DNA of 62,650 bases, counting the filler, from Diploschistes diacapsis (Eukaryota), in assembly GCA_023645945.1 (NCBI GenBank). It is 6 parts of 6 records of this genome, joined end to end, with 100 filler letters (N's around TTAATTAATTAA, not from the genome) between each part and the next. Parts side by side here need not be neighbours in the genome. Positions count along the whole stretch, not along the records: positions 49,404 to 55,978 come from JALAIB010001374.1; positions 56,079 to 62,650 come from JALAIB010001375.1; 4 more parts are not named here. The stretch is one strand, 5' to 3'. This document shows positions 53,742 through 62,650 of this stretch, piece by piece. How positions within the stretch are numbered: the first letter of the stretch is position 1; every line of letters starts with the position of its first letter. The translations under genes were made by a program, and so were the position numbers. Under the pieces are notes generated by a model that was not told where the DNA came from, searched no databases, and was given only the letters and a program-made list of their open reading frames with translations.

Positions 53742-55610
53742 TCCTGCAAATCACCACGCCCGTCCAAGAAAGTGGAGGAAACCTTAGCGAGGAAGATGGC
53801 AGATATCGTGTGCAAAAAGCATGTTAGAAGCTCGGGATAATAGCACAGAAGCAAAGTCAAGCAAAAGCAAAAAAACCCTTCATAAGCGTGAAGCTTCAGG
53901 AGTCGGCATGAGTCGACTATAGCGATTGATAGCCGTTGAACGGACTTGACCAACAGGGATAAATGGCAAGCTAGATTGGGCAGGAGAAACGAGTAAACCC
54001 CTGCAGAAGGTTGGAGATTCAGAAGAATCATGCAAATGATCGCAGAAACGCCTCATAGCAGACAACAGAGAAGACACTGGGTAGTATCGGAGGTTCCAGC
54101 GCACACTCGAAGTCTGGTGGTGGTGGTATGGGGAGCATTTTAATAGCGTGTTTGGTGGTTCATGGTGCCTTTTGGTGGGGGAAAGGGATTTTGGCGCTAG
54201 GGGCCAGTGGGGGAGCCTGAGATTGACTGGCAGTTGGGCCACTACAAGTCTACAACGGTCTACAACCCCTGTCAGTAATCAGTGTCAACGCTAAATCACT
54301 GGGTATCAGTACGCTAAAGCCGCTAAAGCCGCTAAAGCCAGCATTCAGTTGCTGCATTAAGCTTTGGTGGCTTCACATTTGAATCTCCTTCTAGGGTTAG
54401 CTTGTTGACCACCTGAATCCTTGATACGAGTTGAGTTCGTGATCTACAAACCATGTTTGGAAATATTTAATCGAAAATGCCGTAAATAGTAAAGACTTTG
54501 CACAGAAAAGTTATGGGCAGACATCGCGGTTGATCTGAAGCTCTCCCAGAGAGTATGTGCGTACCGTTACTGCGGTAAGGGGATTTAACAAGCCACAAAA
54601 CGCTTTGACCTATTTTCTCACTCTGAAACAAAGCTTAGTAACTGGCATCCCAGCATTACCTCACGTCTCGCTAACCTTGTTTTGGCCTGGTTACGCGTCT
54701 CGTTTCAGCTGCCCATTAGCAGCCTTAATCACGTTATCCTGAGCTCTAAGGATCAGATTTAGCTACGACGTTGCTAATAACAGTCATCTCCTTTGCACAA
54801 CCCAAGAAAGGATGCCGGAATTTTGTATCTAGACATATTTCCCTTCAAGGCCGGCTCTTTTTCCCGTCGAAAAAGATCTTATATAGCTATAACGAGATTA
54901 CATTGTAAGAAATCCTTCGACCACTTGTACCGAGAGGTAACTCTCGACCGAATATCTGTACAAAATTTCGCGTAGAATCTGTTTATCCTTTAGGAGAAAC
55001 CACCTTCGTAATACTTCCGTTGCGAATCTGTCTAATGATGATAAGCATTGCGCTCCTCAGGAAATGCAGGACTGTCGTTTAAACTACTATCAAAAGCAAT
55101 GGCAGCGAGACGCAGTAATAGCTCGAAACTTGGGGACATAATTATTTATTTTAAGCACCTTACAGTCCGTTCAAAGTATTGAGGCTCGTGTGTTACTACA
55201 ATAGAGGTAGGAAAAGCACACGCTTACGATAAGCTCGTGATGATTATCAACTATAAAGCAAAGATTTGAAAAGAATCTGAATTAAATTAAAATAACTTTC
55301 TGTTACTTGGCGCGATGACGAAGAAAGAGAGCTGGAAGCCTTCGCGAATTGGGCTTTTGGTCTCGATGGATTCCCTCATCTTCAGGTTCTTGTATCCGGC
55401 AACTTCGCCTATGGGAATCGTTTCATCGACACTTGTACGCTCTGGTATAGGAACACCCGCGCTCAAGGAGAGAAAAGACATGGCGCACGGTCGAACAGAG
55501 CGATATTGATGAAAATGAGCTGATTGACGCGAATATGGATATGATGTCTGCTTGTCCGGTTAGTCCATTATTTTATAGGTACGGTCGAAGCGACGTGTTT
55601 CCCGGTATCT

Positions 55611-55937
55611 TATTCCCTCAACATGTTTGCTCAATTTTCTCTTAAAGTTTGTATTCTTTCAAAATTTGCATTCTTTTAGAATTCATATTCTCTCAAAGTT
55701 CGTATTCTTTCAAGCTTTACATTCTCTCAAATTCTTTGAACATATGCACTATAAGCACTTTAAGAGAGTAGGGATTTTAAGGGAATAACACTTCAAAGGA
55801 CTATACAATTCCAAGGAGTAGGGACTTTGACAGAGTAAGCACTTTTAGGGAATAAACACTTTTGAAGGAATAAGAAATCTGAGTGTCTAGTCCCTCAAAA
55901 AGTGTACTCCCCAAAGTGTGTACTCCCCTCAAAACAC
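55611..55937. repeat. Degenerate 17-bp tandem repeats in alternating orientation (fold-back array)
   Basis: Forward units of the TATTCTCTCAAAGTTCG type at 55635, 55652, 55669, 55686, 55703, 55720; about 7 reverse-complement units (e.g. AGCACTTTAAGAGAGTA) at 55754-55872; about 3 forward units again from ~55888. Confidence 0.8.
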
Positions 55938-55978
55938 CTGTTCGCTGAAAGTACTCCATTTTTAGAAACCCTTACCCC

Positions 55979-56078
55979 NNNNNNNNNNNNNNNNNNNNNN
56001 NNNNNNNNNNNNNNNNNNNNNNTTAATTAATTAANNNNNNNNNNNNNNNNNNNNNNNNNNNNNNNNNNNNNNNNNNNN
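55979..56078. other. Artificial contig spacer
   Basis: N44-TTAATTAATTAA-N44. Confidence 0.98.
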
Positions 56079-56118
56079 GGGGGAGAGGGGGAGAGAGGAG
56101 AAAAAGGAGGCGGAATAC

Positions 56119-56198
56119 TTGTCACAATCATTGATGAGGTCGAGTATGCTTTTCGAACCCTGAGCAGAGGCAGCGGCGGAGGCGGAGGGGGAAGTCAT
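56119..56198 (-). CDS. Probable first exon of a YJR142W-like (thiamine pyrophosphokinase-related) Nudix protein; remainder lost at the contig end
   Basis: ATG 56198 gives MTSPSASAAASAQGSKSILDLINDCD, then a GTATTC donor. It resembles the S.LDLINECDNFPY N-terminus I recall for this fungal family. Short, and absent from the ORF track. Confidence 0.5.
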
Positions 56199-59100
56199 GG
56201 TAGTCGATTCTGAAGCTAACCGGTGCGCTTTTTCAGTGTAGTTGCGGACTGTGTTTCACTGTGCAGTAAGGTAAACGACTGGATCAGAATGAGTGCAACG
56301 TCCCGATGCATAGAAGGAACAAACTTTGGATTCTTGGTCCGATGTTTATACCGAGCGGACTGCAGGCTTCCGCCAGGCTACAAGAAGGGAAGAAGGGAGT
56401 CATGGGGCATCATGGGCGTTGGGGCGTTTACAAGGCTCATATCTACTTGTTAATTTGTGATTCACTTGACAACTGCAATTAGGTTTGGAAATTGTTGATC
56501 TTTCCGGCCAGTCTTCATATTTTTTTCTTTACCGTATTCGATATCGGCGGTGCGTCTCCAAGCATCTTGTGAGTGCCTGAAATTCGTGATTGAGATCTAA
56601 AAACCTGTGGCATTGGCACAGACAGAAGCCACCAACCACCCTTCCCGTCAAGGTTGGCACAACAGGCAGAGGAGACAGATAAGATAGATGCTACTCTCAG
56701 GTTCTGATATGTCAAGCGTCCGGGACGAAAGTCGCTTCCCGCGGCATCGTCTTCTTTCTTCGTGCCTTGACTGTAAGTCTGTAGGCTGTAGTATGCCTCT
56801 TAACACAATCCTTCAACGCCTTGCTGGGGCCCGATGGATCTTAGGACCCATGGTACCCAATTAAACCTACTATTCAACATCTTATAAGCCATCCCTTTCC
56901 TCTCCAGCTGCTCTGGACCTGTCTTGAGTGATAGGAGTACGATGGTACAACCCACCATTTAGCGGGGATTAAATTTGAGGGGAGTAAAGCGTTGGCAGAG
57001 GGTACCCATCACGATGCCTTGAGCGTAGCATTGTGCTTATCGGACATCCTTCATGACGCAGTCTCCAAGGCGTTATGCAGCATCGCCCTTGCTGACCGTT
57101 GCGGGCGTTTTCCGTTGGTGTGACCCATCTTCCGTCACATGCCCAGCGCCTTCTTGCATCAAAAGCACCAACTATGCAATGTCGCACTGTGTCCGGAAAA
57201 GAAAAGCTTTGATCGTACTATTATGCATGACACCACACAAGGCTCCCAATCTCCAACGACGGCGCCAGCAACCTGCATGCAACAGCCTGGATATAATTAG
57301 TCTCCACTGTTGTGGGAACAGGCACTTCCCCAGTGCAAGTTGCCTCCATCTCCTGAATCGTGAAGAGAGGGGGTCAGCGGGTAGCTTAATGCGTCGTACG
57401 CTGTGCGCACGTACGCCGTGATCCATGATCGACTGTCAATTACCAGACTCTGGGGTCAACTGCATACTCGCCACTGACGTGTTATGTGCGACCGACCGAT
57501 TGGGGTCGATGAGCTTCAGGACAAAGCTCCAATGCGCCTTGTTGAATCCTTACATTCCGGGTTGATGGAAGATCACACGTCATGAGTGCTGACCATACTC
57601 TTGTATGCAGATATCGAAGTGTTGTACTGCAGCTTTCGGTCGGCAGAGCTTCCACTTGTGGACGGCAAGTTTTAAATAATGGAATTTCGAGGTCTTCTAG
57701 AAAATCTTGGACGGAAATAGGTATTTCCTCCCGGTCGATCCAGCCTTTTCTTCTTTTTGCTCGTATTCAAATTGGTGGGGTAGTAGCTTCCAGCTACTAG
57801 CAAAAATGCATAAATCCTGTGGATCGAGACCAATAAAGGCGCAATCCATGGGATGCAAAGCTGCTGTCAGTCAGTAAGGACCAGACAGCTTGGCAACAGC
57901 AGCTGCAGGAGTTGCGGAGCAGCGCATGCAGCTCCACGAGACTTGTCCGACCACAACTGAACGAATGTTCCCCGTGTACCGCGTACCGCACTTGCACTGC
58001 TTCTGCCGTCCTCTTTGCAGTAGCCGCTTCCAAGACGTTGGCGCTGTACCGAGTAAACCCAAAGAGCAATCGACTTGCAAGTTTGGAATGGAAGTGGAAG
58101 GTGGGAAAGATGCTTTATGAAAGGCGTTTCGTTTGGGAATTAGGGAATCAGGGAATGGGTCAGTGGGGGTCTTGGGGGTCTTGGCCCTGGGGGATATTTT
58201 TCCCCGATTGAGATGTTCGCGTATTATTTATTCTCTCTCGAATTGAAGAATTGAAGGCGTAAGCAAATTAAACTTAAACCTGACTGATTTGTGAGCTTCT
58301 AGATTCGATAGAGAACAAGTGAAATAAGGTATATTAACTGAAAGAATTTCTTGGATTGCAAAAAGGAACCTTTTCCATCTGTAATAATCGGAGAATTAAG
58401 ATCTTGTGATTATAGTAGAATAGTACAAGTCGGCTACGTTTTCTCATCCTAGCCAAAACAAAGATGAGTTGCTATCTCTATTTTATATTAATTCTTAGAT
58501 TATCATGCGATTGTACAAGCGTGGTTTCAACTTAAATTAAAACCAAAAACAGATCCAAAGTCGAAACAACCGGAATGTCAATAATGTCAATTTGCAGATT
58601 ATCGTGGCGGTCTACATACATACCCATGCAATCGTTAGCCTCAGGCCTCGCAAGCCAAAATTTCCGATTCCAGTGTAATGGAGCCAGTCGTGATTGGCGG
58701 TCGAAGAGGTCAGTACCACGTTACGGATGCGCTCACCAGTATGTTGGAATGGGGTGTGGCAAAAAGAGTACGATCAAGCCATTAAGCCAACAAGAGGCCA
58801 CCATCGCCGTAAGGGCAATTGGGAAGCGGAATCGATGTGGGCATGTCTTGTTGTTGTGCGCTGTGTCGGCCGAACTCCGAGGGGAATGTTGAATGTTGAA
58901 TCACTCCAGGATACAATATAGACTAGATCGAGCCAGTAAGTTTAAAGTCAGCACGGGCAAGAGTATATATGCGCATCCAGTAGATCGGCTGCAATAATCA
59001 TCAAAAATAGGAGGGGAAAAGAACGAGGACGGCGTGATCGATGGTTCATCGCAAAAGCTTGGCTGCCGCCGGTGCAAAAGTTCAACCAGCTTTCGACCAC

Positions 59101-60643
59101 TTGCCCTTCGCAGTTAGAAGCTCTGCAATAACATAACACAAATAGTAAGCATCGGGCCATTTTGCTTCGATCTCAAACATAGGCTTTGGTGGGCAAGTAC
59201 CGGAGAGCAGGACAAGGCGCTGATGGCTTTTTGCGTGGGCTTAGTCCCCACGCTATAGGATAGATGGGTATGGATACAGGGTTCTAGAAGAAAGTAAAAG
59301 CGCTTTGTGAATATACGATATGCAGCAACGGAATCACACCTTTGATAGTACCAACTCGTACATACGCACGATACCAGTACCAGTACAGTACAGTACTCCT
59401 AGAATGCAGCTCTAGCCTAGGGGTGGTCAAGTTGACACGACTCTTCGGCATACCGGCAGCAGCAGCAGTGCAGGTTAACGCGGAATTAATTTGAAATCAA
59501 TCAACTAATAACGGCTTTCGTCCAATCAGTTAACGTAATTAATTAATAGTGAAAATAATGCCAATGATTGGAAGATAAAAACATAATGGATTCATAGTTG
59601 TGTGAAAACCATCCAATTTAGGGGTAATTAATTAACGCATTACCAACATTAATGAATGATTAATGGTCGTCAATCGTTAATTGCACACGGGGAAATTGCT
59701 CCCTTTAATTAATTATATTAGACTAAACAACTAAACATACAACTCACAAGGATACTGGAGGCTTTTGTAACTTAGTGTGGCGGGGTCGAGTCAGCAGTAG
59801 TACTAACTAACGGGTACCAGGTCGTCTGAGTGAGAGAAGTCCCAGCAGTCCGAAACGCTAAACAAGTGCAAGTACTTACGAGTCAGTCAACCAGCTAAGA
59901 GACATTCCACATTGCCCCGCAGAAATCAACTCGTTTTGACTGACTCGGACAGGAAGTCTCAGGAACTCGTGGAAGGATTAGACAGGATTAGACAGGATTA
60001 GACGTCCAGCAGGGATATGGATATACTGTGCTAAGTAGATACTGTATAACTACTACTAAACTCTTTCATCCTCCTATTACTACTTTCCCTCTCCCACACA
60101 ATAAGAATCCTTATCGTCATCACTCCCCTCTTATGCTTTGACATTTGGTAAGTAATATTACTCCACCGCAGTAAACCCACCCATCTGCATTGCTGCACGC
60201 AAAAAAGTATATGTATCCACCTTCCTGGCCAACTCCAACCCCTTCTTGTCAGAAATCCCAACTGTCCCTAGCGACATCCCACCTGCTTGGACTTGGGTCC
60301 GCATTGTGCAACCACACTCAACGCACAGCACTTGTGCCTCGAACCCGCCCCATCTCGCCATCACCGAACTTCTTTTGTTGTTAGTGCTTTCTTCATCCAC
60401 CACCTGCCAATGGAGCATGTTCCCTCTCGCTATGATGCGTCATGGAGAGGCCAGTCCTCAACCGAATAAAAGCTAATCTCCACATGCTTGTTCCAGAACC
60501 CGCATATTCTGCCACTAGCGGTACTCGTTGATCACCCATAAGGCCCAGGATCGCAATCGGCTTATTGACCATTGAACTGAACATCTCGGCATCCAACACA
60601 AAACCACCTGTGTGGTAGCATCTGCCTCGGCTTCGGTTTCAAT

Positions 60644-61708
60644 ATGAGCTCGCCGGCAGGGGGAAGCGGCGACAAGCCGCCAGTTCTATCCCGCTTCATC
60701 CGCCGTGCCAGCAAGGCTATCCGCCCACGCTCCACCCGCTCATCCGCCGACACTATCGAGCCCGCTACGGAATCTCGGACCGTCGCCGTCCCGCGCCCTT
60801 CAGCCGCCACCCGCGCCGCTCCCCTCGCCGAGCACCAGATCAGCAGCGCCGCCTCTTACATGAAGCTCCGCGAAGAAAAGGCCCGCGCTCTGTTTGCCAA
60901 GTACGGCATGACCCTCGACTCCGCCGAGTGGAGCACTCCAGTTCCCCCCAACGGCACCCCTCAGCCAGAATGGATCGAGAAGCGCATCGTGATGCGCGTG
61001 CACCGCCGCTGCCACCGCTGCCAGACCAGCTTCGGCCCGGACAAGACGTGCTCCAACTGCCAGCACCCCCGCTGCAAGAAGTGCCCTCGCTTCCCCACCA
61101 AGCGATCCAAGGACCAGAGGCCAGGCGGCGAAAAGTACGATCCGATGGCCGCGCTGGCGGTCGATACGGCCTACAAGGGACGGGGGAACATGTTGCCCAT
61201 CACGATGCCAAGGGACGGAAAGAGGGATGCGGTGCGAAAGCACCCGGTGCACAGGGTCCGAAGGACATGCCATCGCTGCGAGACCATATTCCAGGGCCAG
61301 GCGACGGTGTGCGAGAAGTGCAAGCACCAGCGGTGTCCGCAGTGTCCTCGCGATCCGTACGTCCCGATCCACCTTTTAACGTCAGATTACGGACTGCTGA
61401 CTCGCTCGCTCAGACCCAAGCTCAAGAAGTGGCCCGAAGGCTACCCGGGCGACATCGAAGAGACCTTCCCGCTGGCCCTGCGCGTCCCGAAGCCCGTCCG
61501 CACCCGCTACAGATGGGAATGCCACGAGTGCCGGAAGCCCTTCATCGAACACCAGAAGACGTGCGGCCAATGCCAGCACGAACGGTGCGACGATTGCCCG
61601 AGGAAGCCTCCGAAGAAGGTCAAAAAGTTGCCGGATCCGGACGTGGTGAGGAGCGTGGAGGAGAAGATGGCGGCTCTGGGACTGGAGGCAGGGAGCGAGG
61701 CTGCTTGA
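60644..61708 (+). CDS. Uncharacterised protein with three CxxC-x9/10-CxxCxHxRCxxCP zinc-binding repeats
   Basis: Strong codon bias; in-frame 57-nt intron 61357-61413 (GTACGT...GCTGAC...CAG); repeats start CHRC, CHRC and CHEC. Confidence 0.85.
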   Translation: MSSPAGGSGDKPPVLSRFIRRASKAIRPRSTRSSADTIEPATESRTVAVPRPSAATRAAPLAEHQISSAASYMKLREEKARALFAKYGMTLDSAEWSTPVPPNGTPQPEWIEKRIVMRVHRRCHRCQTSFGPDKTCSNCQHPRCKKCPRFPTKRSKDQRPGGEKYDPMAALAVDTAYKGRGNMLPITMPRDGKRDAVRKHPVHRVRRTCHRCETIFQGQATVCEKCKHQRCPQCPRDPYVPIHLLTSDYGLLTRSLRPKLKKWPEGYPGDIEETFPLALRVPKPVRTRYRWECHECRKPFIEHQKTCGQCQHERCDDCPRKPPKKVKKLPDPDVVRSVEEKMAALGLEAGSEAA

Positions 61709-62650
61709 TGCATTGTGATGTGATGACTATGAGGTGACGAAATGGAAAAGGGGGGGGAGGGGGGAGATGCGATTATGACCATTTACGACTCGGAGCGTTT
61801 TAGTTGCCGGCTTGCTGGGTGCTTTGATGGAGATAACCATGATGCCAGTGGATGATGGGGCTTTTTTCCGACCATTTGCTTACGCGTCTGCTACGGACTC
61901 GGGCTTTCGACCTTGACCAGCGTCCGGCGGGAGGAAGACGATTTTTGCATGAGAGGGATAAGCGCCCGCCTCTACTGCTTCCTGGCTTTGGCAGGGGTAT
62001 TGGAAGAACTCTCGCTGTTGCCTTACCTACAACCCCTTTGATAGAAGTACCTACGACGACAACCACCTTCACACCTACAAGATCACGTGCCGACACACTC
62101 ATGTCAGCTAGCATAATCATGTCCATACTTTACATATAAGGCTACTCAAATAGTCCGCGAAAGTACGCTTGTGCTTCTATGTGCACCTCATGATCTGCCT
62201 TTCCACGCCTTCCCTCCTTCTCCGCAAGCCCCGACTTATTGTTTCCCCCGTTACGTCTTGAAAGATACTCGTAGTCTACCTAGCGGGTCCTGCCGCTCCC
62301 CCCCCAATACAAAGTACCCACCTACCGGGTACGTTGGCTCCGTATTTCGGTCAAGCAGACCTTCTGAGCCGCCCGCGTACAACACACACAACATCGGCTG
62401 GATCTTTCCCCCCCCCCATTTTTTTCTCCCCTTTCCTTTTTCCTGTTCCACCTCTCGCCTCGAGCAATTGGACCTTTCTTGGCCTCTTACCAGCGTGCCA
62501 ATTCGGGCCTCCTCCCCGCGGGAGCGTGGGGTCTTTTATTGGGTAGCTTGTTTCAACGCGCGGTTTGTTCGGCCTACTTTTCCTTTTCTACGTCACCGGC
62601 CAGCTGGCTAGCTGTGTGACAAGGGCGACCAGAGTACCAAAGAGCAAGGG

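Noticed and set aside
55611..55937. CRISPR-like array
   Set aside because: Eukaryotic context, contiguous degenerate units without unique spacers, and no cas genes.
60800..61737. Overlapping 269-aa and 190-aa ORFs
   Set aside because: Alternative-frame by-products of high GC3 in the zinc-finger gene.

Overview
Intron-containing nuclear DNA of a filamentous ascomycete (Pezizomycotina); the species cannot be determined from this sequence. The window is not one locus. Five artificial 100-bp spacers (N44-TTAATTAATTAA-N44) separate a >=29.2-kb contig from five ~6.6-kb contigs sorted by decreasing length, so adjacency across spacers carries no biological meaning. Contig 1 is a dense housekeeping block: TAF10, GDE1, two uncharacterised genes, DAD3, nrc-2/Kin82-type kinase, MRPS5, She4/Cro1, PRP43, PRMT5 and ARP3. 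The small contigs carry a RIP-damaged DNA-transposon end, THOC1/HPR1, a frameshifted SDR pseudogene, SmF, a Zn2Cys6 factor, ASA1 (partial), EFM4, a secreted lactonase-like beta-propeller, a DENN+C1 protein, an inverted 17-bp repeat array, a probable YJR142W-type Nudix first exon and a triple zinc-finger protein. I found no tRNA, rRNA or CRISPR feature and cannot demonstrate a new system. The best leads are: (i) an uncharacterised ~970-aa protein with a PAM2 motif and an eIF4E-binding-like motif; (ii) a composite, possibly recursive or poison, intron in PRMT5; (iii) a fold-back 17-bp repeat array; (iv) recurring C-rich-to-G-rich skew islands; (v) an apparent acceptor-site shift in TAF10. All exon boundaries were inferred by eye from splice motifs and reading-frame continuity.
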